Part shown: one piece after another, positions 33,699-43,579 of the stretch | Layout of the letters: each line of letters opens with the position of its first letter | Position numbering within the stretch: the stretch's first letter is position 1 | NCBI GenBank assembly: GCA_041798325.1 | Contig: JBHCAP010000013.1 | Coordinates: 27,504 to 91,503 of the forward strand | From: Giesbergeria sp. | Lineage (GTDB): Bacteria > Pseudomonadota > Gammaproteobacteria > Burkholderiales > Burkholderiaceae_C | DNA length: 64,000 nt | Direction: 5' to 3' | The notes under the pieces: generated by a model | What the model saw: the letters and a program-made list of their open reading frames with translations, nothing else | Database searches by the model: none | Told to the model about the DNA's origin: nothing | Program-made: the position numbers and the translations under genes

Positions 33699-34193
33699 TT
33701 TTCAGCACCTATAATTTGACAAGGGTAATCTCTAATAGAAAATAGAGACAAGAAATGCTATTTGCTGCATCTTGCCAGCATACCCAGCCACAGGGTGAGA
33801 GGCTACACAGGCCAGCGTAGCTTAATCGCATTTTCCATCGCCAAGGGAAATCCTGCAAAACCTCCCCCGTTGTTTGGTACACGTCAGCATGCAATGGCAT
33901 CCTCGCAGCCCATGAAGCAAAGCAGCCTTAAGGATGTCCTGAATAACTCGGATTCATGAGTGCTACAAGGCCGACGTTTTCAGATAATCAACCTTGCGAA
34001 ACCATCGTGGATTCTTGTTCGGCGCGATAATTTTGCACCATGACCGACACAGCCCGCACCCCAACTCGCTCATCTTCGGCCCTGTTTGACTCACCGCAGG
34101 CCAGCGCAGTGTCTATGCTTGCTGGCTAGCGCCCGCCCCTCCAAGGCTATGGCAGCAAATTCCACATCAGTTTCAATCGATTACTTAAGAGAT

Positions 34194-34258
34194 AGTTTTT
34201 TTCTATCCACTTTGCTCATTCATCAAAGTTTTTTCTATCCACTTTGCTCATTCATCAA
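34194..34258. repeat. Tandem ~32-bp direct duplication
   Basis: AGT(6-7)CTATCCACTTTGCTCATTCATCAA x2. Confidence 0.85.
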
Positions 34259-34355
34259 GTAAGATTGTCTTCGGAATTTAATATTGGAAGATTAGTTAAA
34301 TTCCAACGTTAGGCGCTAATTGTAATTCCCAACTTATTTAACAAAAGGAAAAAAT

Positions 34356-34826
34356 ATGAAATCCATGTTTATCAAGTGCTTTGTTACTGGGGCAATTCTG
34401 GCCATCAACCCTTGCATTGCTTTGGCGATTGATCAAACATTCACACTATCGACTGACACCGGCAATGATTTCGGCAAAAGCTTTACCCTTGATGCCGGAA
34501 CCTACACAGTAACCCATGTTGCCAAAGAAGGTCAGTCTGCGCTGAGTTACTGGGCAAACCACCAATGCACAGACAGCAATCCCGGAAAATGCAAGCAGGG
34601 CTGGACAACATATTTTAGCGTTTTCTCTCCCGCCTATAATAATGGCCAGCCTCAGCTATCGACCGATGGAACTGATCGGTACAATACTGCCGAGGAGGCC
34701 ATAAAGGCCGCAAAACCATATACTTTTGAGCTCAAAAATAAGGCAGCCGTACTTTTCTATATCCATGACAATAATCCAAAGGACAACAAAGGTGGCATCA
34801 CACTGCGCATAAAAGATGGGAAGTAA
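34356..34826 (+). CDS. Small secreted beta-rich hypothetical protein
   Basis: AAAGGA RBS, signal peptide, LDAGTYTVT...FYIHDNNPKDNKGGITL. Confidence 0.75.
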   Translation: MKSMFIKCFVTGAILAINPCIALAIDQTFTLSTDTGNDFGKSFTLDAGTYTVTHVAKEGQSALSYWANHQCTDSNPGKCKQGWTTYFSVFSPAYNNGQPQLSTDGTDRYNTAEEAIKAAKPYTFELKNKAAVLFYIHDNNPKDNKGGITLRIKDGK

Positions 34827-34994
34827 TTCTCTCTATGCCGCGCCGCAGGACTGAGCTTTCTCATGTCGGTCAATTGCATGGTGTAAATATACGAGCAAGT
34901 ATCAATATTTCAAGACGTTTTGTTTCTAATTAATAAAGTGGGCGTCTTTTTTAGTTGAGACTCTGCCCTCCATTTACGGGCAGTCGCTCCTATT

Positions 34995-35602
34995 TCAGGA
35001 GCTGCCAGCGCTTTCTGGGTCAGCGCTAGAGGCCGATTTGGCTTGAAATGCCACGTCCTCATACAACTGCGCCAGCGGCAGGCGCAGATCCACGCTGGCC
35101 AGCTCCAGCAGGTCGCTTGCGGCCTCGTGCGGAAACAGCACCCACTGGCCGCTCTCGTTGCGGCGAAACAGGTCAACGCTGGTGCGCTCGGGGTCGATCA
35201 GCAGGTACTCGCGCAGGCTGGGCAGTTTGCGGTAGGCGGCAAACTTGGCGCCCCGGTCGTAGGCCGACGTGGAAGGCGAGAGCACCTCGGCCAGCAGCGT
35301 CGGCGCGCTCTTGTGCAGCGGCTGGGCGCGGTCGGCTTGGGCGCAGGTGACGAACACGTCGGGGTAAAAATAAGCGTTGTCCGCCTCCACCCGCAGCTTC
35401 ATGTCGGAGATGAGCACGCTGCACGGCCCGCCGCGCAGGTGGGTGCGCTAGCGCCACCGCCAGATTAAGTCACGTGCGCGTCAGACGCGCCCGCCATAGC
35501 GAACACCTCGCCGTCCAAGCATTCGTGCTTCTCAGTTTGCTGCGCCTCCCAGTGCAGATAAGCCGAGGCGTCGAAGCGGCATTGCGGTGCGGGCGGGGAC
35601 AT
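34995..35602 (-). pseudogene. Uma2-family (PD-(D/E)XK) endonuclease, frameshifted
   Basis: 5' part YLHWEAQQTEKHE.LDGEVFAMAGASDAH stops at 35465. NLAVAL and RTHLRGGPC...YPDVFVTC..EVLSPST..YDRGAKF..Y..LPSLREYLLID lie in other frames (two indels). Confidence 0.85.
34998..35040 (+). repeat. Repeat copy forming the Uma2 C-terminus and the right border of the AT-richer islet
   Basis: ggagctgccagcgctttctgggtcagcgctagaggccgatttg. Confidence 0.8.
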
Positions 35603-35698
35603 AGCGGGTGCTCCAGAGTGAATAGGCATTGTTGTGCAGGCGCGCGCACTGGCACTGCAATCAAAGCCGTAAGCAAGGTGCCACACAAGACATGGACA

Positions 35699-37192
35699 AT
35701 GCCGTCCATGCCCCAACTTGCCCCCTTCATAGCTCCCACCCGCCACACCAATGCCGCCGATGCCCTAGCGCAGGTGCAGCGCATTTACCACCAGCAAATT
35801 GAGCACCTGCGCGCCGCTATGCAGCGCTTTGTCGCTGGCGAGACGCCTGCACAGCCGGTGCGGGCGTTTTATCCGTTTGTGCGCCTGCAAACCACCAGCG
35901 CGGCGCGCGCTGATTCTTTGCTGGCCTATGGCTTTGTCGAAGGCCCACCGGGGCGCTACGAAACCACACTGACGCGCCCCGACCTGTTCGCCAGCTATTA
36001 CGCCGAGCAGTTTCGGCTGCTGCTGCTGAACCACCCGGTCGAGTTGGAAGTGGGCACCAGTGCGCAGCCGATTCCAATCCACTTCTCGTTTGCCGAAGAA
36101 GACCACATCGAAGGCTCGCTCAGCCCCGAGCGGCGCGCGCTGATGCGCGATGTGTTTGACCTGCCCGACCTGAGCGCGATGGACGACGGCATTGCCAACG
36201 GCACGGCACGCACCCACCACGGCCAAGCCCAGCCGCTGGCACTGTTTACCGCGCCGCGCGTGGACTACTCGCTGCACCGGCTGCGCCACTACAGCGGCAC
36301 GCTGCCCGAGTGGTTTCAGCACTTTGTGCTGTTTACCAACTACCAGTTTTACATCGACGAATTCATCCGCTTGGGCTACACCGAGATGGCCAACCCGGCC
36401 AGCGAATACATCGCCTTTGTTGAGCCGGGCAACGTCGTCACGCGCCGCATTGGCCTGCCCGCCACCAGCGACACTGCCCAAGGCAGCGCACCGCCGCGCC
36501 TGCCGCAAATGCCGGCCTACCACTTGGTGCGCGCCGATGGCAGTGGCACCACGATGGTCAACATTGGCGTCGGGCCAGCCAACGCCAAAACCATTACCGA
36601 CCACATCGCCGTGCTGCGCCCGCACGCGTGGCTGATGCTGGGGCACTGCGCCGGCCTGCGCAACACGCAGCAGCTGGGTGACTATGTGCTGGCACACGCC
36701 TATGTGCGCGAAGACCATGTGCTCGATGAGGAACTGCCGCTGTGGGTGCCGATTCCGGCGCTGGCCGAGATCCAAGTGGCGCTAGAGCAAGCGGTGGCCG
36801 ATGTGACACAAATGGGGCGCGACCAGCTCAAGCGCATCATGCGCACCGGCACCGTGGCCAGCACCGACAACCGCAACTGGGAGCTGCTGCCCGACAACAC
36901 GCCCCAGCGGCGCTTCAGCCAGAGCCGCGCCGTGGCGCTGGACATGGAAAGCGCCACCATCGCCGCCAACGGCTTTCGGTTTCGCGTGCCGTATGGCACC
37001 TTGCTGTGCGTCAGCGACAAGCCGCTGCACGGCGAAATCAAGCTGCCCGGCATGGCCAACCACTTCTACCGCGAACGGGTCGATCAGCACCTGCGCATTG
37101 GGATGCGCGCCATCGAGATCTTGCGCGCCGGCGGTGTGCAACGCCTGCACAGCCGCAAACTGCGCAGCTTTGCCGAGGTGGCGTTTCAATAA
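35699..37192 (+). CDS. amn: AMP nucleosidase
   Basis: RVDYSLHRLRHYSGT, FVLFTNYQFY, PQMPAYHL, NIGVGPANAKTITDH, DMESATIAANGFRFRVPYGTLLCVSDKPLHGE. Confidence 0.95.
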   Translation: MPSMPQLAPFIAPTRHTNAADALAQVQRIYHQQIEHLRAAMQRFVAGETPAQPVRAFYPFVRLQTTSAARADSLLAYGFVEGPPGRYETTLTRPDLFASYYAEQFRLLLLNHPVELEVGTSAQPIPIHFSFAEEDHIEGSLSPERRALMRDVFDLPDLSAMDDGIANGTARTHHGQAQPLALFTAPRVDYSLHRLRHYSGTLPEWFQHFVLFTNYQFYIDEFIRLGYTEMANPASEYIAFVEPGNVVTRRIGLPATSDTAQGSAPPRLPQMPAYHLVRADGSGTTMVNIGVGPANAKTITDHIAVLRPHAWLMLGHCAGLRNTQQLGDYVLAHAYVREDHVLDEELPLWVPIPALAEIQVALEQAVADVTQMGRDQLKRIMRTGTVASTDNRNWELLPDNTPQRRFSQSRAVALDMESATIAANGFRFRVPYGTLLCVSDKPLHGEIKLPGMANHFYRERVDQHLRIGMRAIEILRAGGVQRLHSRKLRSFAEVAFQ

Positions 37193-37198
37193 ACCCAT

Positions 37199-37243
37199 AA
37201 AAAAACCCGGAACATTTCTCCTCAAGAGGAGCCGTGTTCCGGG
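37199..37243 (-). terminator. Rho-independent terminator of the phaC...ackA operon
   Basis: Minus strand CCCGGAACA...TGTTCCGGG followed by TTTTTTT. Confidence 0.7.
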
Positions 37244-37303
37244 ACCAGGCTGCAGTGTGACTATAGGCTATCAAAACAAGGGCAAAACATTGCTCTTTAA
37301 TTA

Positions 37304-37347
37304 ATAGCTGCTAGCGCCCGTGTTTAAAGGGCTAGAGGCCATTTTGA
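37304..37347 (+). repeat. Dispersed REP-like repeat copy
   Basis: atagctgctagcgcccgtgtttaaagggctagaggccattttga. Confidence 0.92.
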
Positions 37348-37373
37348 CCTGATTTTTAAGGGCATTTAAGCCA

Positions 37374-38597
37374 TCAAGCCATTTCGGCAGCCACTGCCAC
37401 CGAAGCGGCTGGGCCAATCAAATCCACCGCTTCGCGGGCAGCGACACGGCCTTCGTCGGTGGGAATGACCCACACTTCCACCGTGCTATCGGCAGCATGG
37501 ATAGGCTGGGCCGACAAGTCAGCGCGCGCCTTGGTGTTGCGCTCGGCATCGATTTTGATGCCCAGCCAGCCCAAGCGCTCGCACACTTGGGCGCGCAAGA
37601 CGGCGTCGTTTTCGCCAATGCCGCCGCTGAAGGCCAGCACGTCGAGTCCGCCCATGCAGGCCACCAAAGCGCCCGATTCGCGCACGATGCGCTGCGTGAA
37701 CAGGTCGATGGCGCGCTTGGCAGCATCCGAGCCATCACCCCGCAGGCGGCGCATATCAGCCGAAATGCCCGACACACCGAGCAAGCCGCTTTGCTTGTAG
37801 AGCAGCTTTTCAATCTTGGCGTGGTCCCAGCCCTGCTCCATCAGATACAGCAGCACGCCGGCGTCAAGAGCGCCGCTGCGCGTGCCCATCATCAAACCGT
37901 CCAGCGCCGAAAAGCCCATCGTGGTGGCGCAGCTTTTGCCACCGTTGGCACCGCACAGGCTGGCGCCGTTGCCCAAGTGCGCCATCAGCACGCGGCCTTG
38001 CGCGCGCGTCGAGTGCTCTTGCAGCGCACCCATGATGAATTGGTACGACAGGCCGTGAAAGCCGTAACGGCGCACGCCTTGCTCGGCCAGCGACTGCGGC
38101 AGGGCAAAGGCGTAATCGACCTCGGACAGCGTGGTGTGAAACGCGGTGTCAAAACAAGCCACCTGCGGCAAATCCGGAAAGGCTTGGCGAAATGAGCGCA
38201 CGCCTTCCAAGTTGTGCGGCTGGTGCAGCGGCGCCAGCGAGTTCAGGCGCGACAAGCGCTCTAGCACCTCATCGGTGACCAGCACGCTTTGGCGAAACTC
38301 TTGACCGCCATGCACCACGCGGTGCGCCACGGCAATGATGGCCGGCGCGCCTTGCAAGCTGGCCAGCAAAGTGCGCAGACGCGCCAATGCTTGGACAAAC
38401 GCGCTTTTGCTGGGGTCCAGCGTCAGCACTTCGGTGTGGCGCTCGCCAGCAAAAGTCCAGCCGATTTCGGGCGTACCGTCCGGCTCCAAACCTTGGATAT
38501 TGCCGGTCAGCACGCTGGCCTGCACTTCACCCGCAAGCAGCGGATGCAGCGAAAACTTCAGCGACGACGAGCCAGCGTTGACAGCAAGAATGGCCAT
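37374..38597 (-). CDS. ackA: Acetate/propionate kinase
   Basis: AVNAGSSSLKF, HRVVHGG, LAPLHQP, FDTAFH, RRYGFHGLS, HLGNGAS, GLMMGTRSG, GGIGEN. Confidence 0.95.
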   Translation of the reverse strand: MAILAVNAGSSSLKFSLHPLLAGEVQASVLTGNIQGLEPDGTPEIGWTFAGERHTEVLTLDPSKSAFVQALARLRTLLASLQGAPAIIAVAHRVVHGGQEFRQSVLVTDEVLERLSRLNSLAPLHQPHNLEGVRSFRQAFPDLPQVACFDTAFHTTLSEVDYAFALPQSLAEQGVRRYGFHGLSYQFIMGALQEHSTRAQGRVLMAHLGNGASLCGANGGKSCATTMGFSALDGLMMGTRSGALDAGVLLYLMEQGWDHAKIEKLLYKQSGLLGVSGISADMRRLRGDGSDAAKRAIDLFTQRIVRESGALVACMGGLDVLAFSGGIGENDAVLRAQVCERLGWLGIKIDAERNTKARADLSAQPIHAADSTVEVWVIPTDEGRVAAREAVDLIGPAASVAVAAEMA

Positions 38598-38611
38598 AGC
38601 AGTCAGCCCTT

Positions 38612-40054
38612 TCAGTCTTGCAGCAGAGCAGCCGCGCGCAGGGTGCGCTCGCGGCGGGCATCGTAGGCAGCCAGCACTGCCAGCAGCGCCGAAGCCACGC
38701 GGGCGCTGGGGCCGTCAGCGCGGCTGGTCAAAGCGATTGGCACGCGCGCGCCCAGCACCAAGCCAGCGCCGGTAGCGCCGCCAAGGTATTCAAGTTGCTT
38801 GGCCAGCATGTTGCCGCTTTCTAGGTCAGGCACGGCCAGGATGTCAGCGTCACCCGCCACCACCGAAGTGATGTGCTTGATTTCAGCCGCTTCAGCCGAA
38901 ATGGCGTTGTCAAAGGCCAACGGGCCGTCCAAAACGCCGCCTTGAATCTGGCCACGATCGGCCATCTTGCACAGGGCAGCGGCGTCCAAGGTGGATGGGA
39001 TGTTGGCGCTGACGGTTTCCACCGCCGACAAAATGGCCACCTTGGGCACGGCGACACCCATCACGCGCGCAAAGTCGATGGCGTTTTGGATGATGTCAAC
39101 CTTCTCGGCCAACGTTGGGCGAATGTTCAGCGCCGCGTCGGTAATGAGCAGCGGCTTGGGGTACAGCGGCACATCAAAGCGAAAGACGTGCGACATACGG
39201 CGGCCCGTGCGCAGCGACGGCTCGGCCAAGATGGCTTTGAGCATTTCGTCGGTGTGCAAGCTGCCCTTCATGATCACTTCGACTTCGCCGTGCGCGGCCA
39301 TGTTGGCGGCCTTTTGGGCGGCGGCGTGGCTGTGCTCGACATCAATGATTTCGACGCCTTCGAGGCTGATGCTGGCTTCGGCAGCGACAAAACGGATGCG
39401 CTTGGCCGGGCCAATCAGCACCGGCACGATCAGGCCGTGGCGGGCCGAATCGATAGCGCCGCTGAGCGAGCCGGTGTCGCACGGGTGCACCACGGCGCAG
39501 CGCACGGCTTCTTTGCCAGCGGCCAGCGCCAGCAGCTCTTTGAAGCGCATTTCGGGGTCAAACAACTGAATTTGTGGCGCGTTGACCTTGGGCAGGCGCA
39601 CTTTTTCGGTCGGCGGCATGACACGGGCGGTGCCGTGCAACACGACTGCGCCTTTTTGGTTGGTCACTTGGCAGTCCAGCTCGGCGCGTTTTTTCTCGTC
39701 GTCCTTGCTGATCACCGTGGCCGTCACCGTCAGCGTGTCGCCAATGCGCACGGGCTTGACGAACTTGAGGTTTTGCTCAAGGTAAATGGTGCCGGGGCCG
39801 GGGAACTCGGTACCCAGCAGCGCCGAAATCAACGCGCCGCCCCACATACCGTGGGCAATCACGCCGTGGAACAAAGTGTCGTTGGCGTATTCCGCGTTCA
39901 GGTGAGCGGGGTTGGTGTCACCGGAGACAGCAGCAAACGCTTGGATGTCGGCTTGCGTCAGGGTGCGCAGCAGGCGGGCGCTTTGGCCTACGGAGAGTTC
40001 GTCATAGGTGACGTTTTCCAGCCATTCGATGTCTTGGTTCATATTCATGTTCAT
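38612..40054 (-). CDS. Bifunctional MaoC-type (R)-enoyl-CoA hydratase / phosphate acyltransferase
   Basis: FAAVSGDTNPAH..AHGMW..PGPGTIYL (MaoC) fused to MKGSLHT, TDAALNI.P, DGPLAFDNA, GNMLAK, LTSRAD. Confidence 0.92.
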   Translation of the reverse strand: MNMNMNQDIEWLENVTYDELSVGQSARLLRTLTQADIQAFAAVSGDTNPAHLNAEYANDTLFHGVIAHGMWGGALISALLGTEFPGPGTIYLEQNLKFVKPVRIGDTLTVTATVISKDDEKKRAELDCQVTNQKGAVVLHGTARVMPPTEKVRLPKVNAPQIQLFDPEMRFKELLALAAGKEAVRCAVVHPCDTGSLSGAIDSARHGLIVPVLIGPAKRIRFVAAEASISLEGVEIIDVEHSHAAAQKAANMAAHGEVEVIMKGSLHTDEMLKAILAEPSLRTGRRMSHVFRFDVPLYPKPLLITDAALNIRPTLAEKVDIIQNAIDFARVMGVAVPKVAILSAVETVSANIPSTLDAAALCKMADRGQIQGGVLDGPLAFDNAISAEAAEIKHITSVVAGDADILAVPDLESGNMLAKQLEYLGGATGAGLVLGARVPIALTSRADGPSARVASALLAVLAAYDARRERTLRAAALLQD

Positions 40055-40101
40055 ACGGTCATCCTTGAGAGGTAAATACAGGGCGCAAACAGAGCGCTGG
40101 C

Positions 40102-40881
40102 TTAAGCCATCGCATGGCAGCCGCCATCGACATAAATCGTCTGGCCAGTCATGCCCGAAGCCGCGTCGGAGCACAAAAAGCTGCACAGCTGGGCAATTTC
40201 TTCCAACTGCACCAAACGACCCAGCGGCGCTTTGCGCACGGCATTGGCCATCAGCTCGTCAAAGTCGGCAATGCCAGACGCAGCGCGCGTCAGGATCGGG
40301 CCGGGCGAGACGGCGTGTACGCGGATGCGCTTGGGGCCCAGCTCCATCGCCATGTAGCGCACCATCGACTCCAGCGCGGCCTTGACCGGGCCCATCACGC
40401 CGTAGTTCGGCACCGCTTCATCAGCGCCGAGGTAGGTCATGCTGAGCATGCTGCCGCCGTTGGGCATGTGCGGTGCGCACAGCTGCGCCAGCTTGGCAAA
40501 CGAGTGGCACGACACCGTCATGGCGCGGGCAAAACCGGCGCTAGAGCTGTCAATCACTTGGCCGTGCAGGTCGGCCAAAGGTGCCCAAGCAATCGAGTGC
40601 ACCACAAAGTCCAAGTGACCCAAACGCTCGGTAGCGCGTGCCACCAAAGCTTCGAGTTCGCCTTCTTGCTCGACGTCGCAGGCGACCAGATCAACACCGA
40701 TGGGGTTGGTCAGCGGCTCGACGAAGCGGCGGGCCTTCTCGTTCAAGCACGACACCACGACTTCGGCGCCCATCGCGTGGGCCATTTGGGTGCAGCCCCA
40801 AGCAATGCTGTGCTCGTTAGCCAAGCCAAGGATGAGGCCTTTTTTGCCTGCCAAGCTGAAGGGGGATGTATTGAGCGTCAT
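40102..40881 (-). CDS. fabI: Enoyl-ACP reductase FabI
   Basis: GLANEHSIAWG, VHSIAWAP, YGVMGPVKAALES, SPGPILTRAASGI. Confidence 0.9.
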   Translation of the reverse strand: MTLNTSPFSLAGKKGLILGLANEHSIAWGCTQMAHAMGAEVVVSCLNEKARRFVEPLTNPIGVDLVACDVEQEGELEALVARATERLGHLDFVVHSIAWAPLADLHGQVIDSSSAGFARAMTVSCHSFAKLAQLCAPHMPNGGSMLSMTYLGADEAVPNYGVMGPVKAALESMVRYMAMELGPKRIRVHAVSPGPILTRAASGIADFDELMANAVRKAPLGRLVQLEEIAQLCSFLCSDAASGMTGQTIYVDGGCHAMA

Positions 40882-40965
40882 AGAAAAACTCCAAAAAAGC
40901 CAGGCGCGGTGACACCGCTTCTGCTGGCAGAGGCACTCACGTGCTTAAAAAAAGGGGGAATAAAT

Positions 40966-41385
40966 TTAGAGACCGTCAAACAAACGGCGCAGGTCAGCGC
41001 CAGCCGCGCCGGGCTTAAAGCCATCCAGCGCTAACTGGTCTTGGGCGTTGACCAAAATGCTGCGTGTGGCCTGCACGCCCACGCGATCGACAAAGCGGCG
41101 CGAGATGCGATAGCGCAGCACCAACAAAGCGCGCAGCTCCTCTTGCTGGTAGGACTTGCGCCGCTCTGGCCCAGCCGGTGGACGGGCGCTGACACGGCGC
41201 TCATAGCCGCCGGGCGCGGCACCGTCCATGTTCAGCAGGCGATCGATTTCGCTGTCGCTTTGCATATCGATGCCAAGAACCGTCGCCAAGCGCGCAATCC
41301 GCGCGCTCAACTGCTCCACCGATTCAGACATGCGCTGCAAATGCGCCGACAGCGCCTCTGCAGTGCGTTCTTTTTCAGTCGACAT
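40966..41385 (-). CDS. Hypothetical protein in the PHA operon
   Basis: 139-aa ORF overlapping the phaC end, same strand. Confidence 0.7.
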   Translation of the reverse strand: MSTEKERTAEALSAHLQRMSESVEQLSARIARLATVLGIDMQSDSEIDRLLNMDGAAPGGYERRVSARPPAGPERRKSYQQEELRALLVLRYRISRRFVDRVGVQATRSILVNAQDQLALDGFKPGAAGADLRRLFDGL

Positions 41386-43210
41386 ACCGCACCATTACAT
41401 ATTCACCAGGCGCATCGCACAGCACGGTAGCTGGGTCGATGGCCGGCGGTGCCACGGGCTTGCCCGAGCGCTCGTGCAGCCAAGCGTGCATGGCCTCCCA
41501 CCACGAACCTTGGTGCGTAGGCGCAGTGGCAACCCACTCGTCTGGATCGATCCAGCCTTGGCTTTTTTCAGTGATGGCGATTTGGTAGCTGCGGCGCGGG
41601 CGACCCGGCTCGGAGACGATGCCGGCGTTGTGTCCACCAGCGGCCAAGATGAAGGTGACTTGGGTGTCAGCCTGCAAATTGATTTTGTACACCGAGCGCC
41701 ACGGCGAGACGTGGTCGCGGGCGGTGCCCACCACCAACATCGGTGCGTTGATGTCGGTCAACGCCACCGTCTCACCGGCCACGCGGTACTGCCCGGCCGC
41801 GAACGCGTTGTTCAGGAACATCGAGGACAGGTATTCGGAGTGCATCCGCGCTGGCAGACGGGTCACGTCCGAGTTCCAGCTCATCATGTCGAAGTCGGCA
41901 TCCTCTTGGCCGAGCAAGTAGCGGCGCGTGCTGCGCGACCAGATCAGGTCACGCGAATTGAGGAATTGGAACGAATTGGCCATGGCGCGACCCGACAAAT
42001 AGCCGGTAGCGTCCATTTTTTGGCGCAAAGTTTTGAGCTGGTCATCGTCGATGAACACGCCCATTTCGCCCGGCTCACTGAAGTCGGTCTGCGCAGCCAA
42101 CAACGTGACGGTGGCCAATTCGGGCATATCTGGCAAATCTTGGCTGCGGCGATGCGAGCCTTTGCCGGTAGCAGCGGCAGCGGCAGCGCCGGTACGCGCC
42201 CGGCCTCCCAGCGCGGCGGCAACGATGGCCAAAAAGGTGCCGCCCAAGCAGTAACCAATCGAGTGAATGCGCGGCGCTTTGGTGCGCTCTTTGACGGCAG
42301 CCATCGCATCCATCACGCCCATGCGCAGGTAGTCCTGCATCTTCAGGTCGCGGTCTGATGCATCGGGGTTGCGCCACGAGACGACAAACACCGTGTGGCC
42401 TTGGGCGACCAAGTAGCGCACCATAGAATTTTCTGGCGACAAGTCCAAGATGTAGTACTTCATGATGCACGAGGGCACGATGAGAATCGGCTCGGGGTAC
42501 ACCTTGGCAGTGGTTGGCAGGTACTGGATCAGCTCGATCAAGTGGTTGCGGTACACCACCTTGCCCGGCGTCACGGCCACGTCTTTGCCGACCTCGAAGG
42601 TCAGCGGCTGCAGCGACTCGGAATCGGCGCTGGTGTCATTGGCGGTGGCGCGCGACTCGGCCACATCGTCAAGCAGGCGCTTAAAGCCGGTGCGCAAGCT
42701 TTCGCCGCCGGTTTCGCGGGCTTTTTTGATCACTTCGGGGTTGGTCGTTGGCCAGTTGGAGGGCGCCATCGCATCGACCAGCTGGCGCGTAAAAAAGCTC
42801 ACCACTTGGCTGTTGTGGCGCGACATGCCATCGACCTGCGCGGCTTCGCGCCACCACGCATCGCTGGCCTTAAAGCCCTCTTTCAGGCTGGCAAAGGGCC
42901 ATTGATGCCAGCTTTCATCGACAAAGCGGTTGTCCAAATCGGGGATGGGCTGACCTTTGTCATCGGTCTCGGGGAGGGAGGAGGCCAGCATGGCTTGCTG
43001 GGCCAGCGCCATTGCGCGCTGCGCCAGCACCATTTGGCGACCCGGCGACGCGGCCATGTGCATGGCCCAGTCAGCGCTGGCCATTGCCAGAGAAATCGGC
43101 GACAAACCCATGCTGCTGCGCGACAGCTGGGAATGCACCATTTCATCCAGCGCTTTGGCCGTTTCGTTTTGGCGCTCGAATGCAGCGCTGGATTTCATTT
43201 TCTTTTCCAT
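41375..43210 (-). CDS. phaC: Class I poly(3-hydroxyalkanoate) synthase
   Basis: PSNWPTTNPEV, MKYYILDLSPENS, lipase box GYCLGG, DHVSPW, GGHNAGI, GSWW; AGGAGG RBS upstream of ATG 43210. Confidence 0.93.
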   Translation of the reverse strand: MEKKMKSSAAFERQNETAKALDEMVHSQLSRSSMGLSPISLAMASADWAMHMAASPGRQMVLAQRAMALAQQAMLASSLPETDDKGQPIPDLDNRFVDESWHQWPFASLKEGFKASDAWWREAAQVDGMSRHNSQVVSFFTRQLVDAMAPSNWPTTNPEVIKKARETGGESLRTGFKRLLDDVAESRATANDTSADSESLQPLTFEVGKDVAVTPGKVVYRNHLIELIQYLPTTAKVYPEPILIVPSCIMKYYILDLSPENSMVRYLVAQGHTVFVVSWRNPDASDRDLKMQDYLRMGVMDAMAAVKERTKAPRIHSIGYCLGGTFLAIVAAALGGRARTGAAAAAATGKGSHRRSQDLPDMPELATVTLLAAQTDFSEPGEMGVFIDDDQLKTLRQKMDATGYLSGRAMANSFQFLNSRDLIWSRSTRRYLLGQEDADFDMMSWNSDVTRLPARMHSEYLSSMFLNNAFAAGQYRVAGETVALTDINAPMLVVGTARDHVSPWRSVYKINLQADTQVTFILAAGGHNAGIVSEPGRPRRSYQIAITEKSQGWIDPDEWVATAPTHQGSWWEAMHAWLHERSGKPVAPPAIDPATVLCDAPGEYVMVRYVD

Positions 43211-43317
43211 GGACAACCTCCTGTATGTGTTTTGTGCGTTTGGTTACGCAAGCGTTTAAGTATGCCAAATTTCGTATCTGGTGATGATTCATATTGGTAG
43301 TTACCCCAGCTGAAAAC

Positions 43318-43331
43318 TTGACAAAAATCAG
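43318..43331. promoter_or_regulatory. Possible FNR-type box upstream of phaC
   Basis: TTGAC-AAAA-ATCAG versus consensus TTGAT-N4-ATCAA (2 mismatches). Confidence 0.35.
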
Positions 43332-43415
43332 CCGAAGACTGTTTTTTTATCGCCGTTTTTTAAGGAATGACGCTGCTATCTATTTAATGAATGCTCGGTG
43401 CTAACTATTAAATAG

Positions 43416-43459
43416 ATAGCTACCAGCGCACGTATTTAAAGGGCTAGAGGCCAATATGG
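43416..43459 (+). repeat. Dispersed REP-like repeat copy
   Basis: atagctaccagcgcacgtatttaaagggctagaggccaatatgg. Confidence 0.88.
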
Positions 43460-43579
43460 CTTTGTTTTTTGATAATCAACCGGCTTGGAAACTTTCTTTA
43501 CCACAAAATCTTTCGCCCAATTTCCTAAGCATTTACCGCGCCAGCAGCTGCGCCACTTGCGCCCGCAAAGCCCTCGGCA

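Noticed and set aside
34194-34258. Mini-CRISPR
   Set aside because: Two adjacent units with no spacer.
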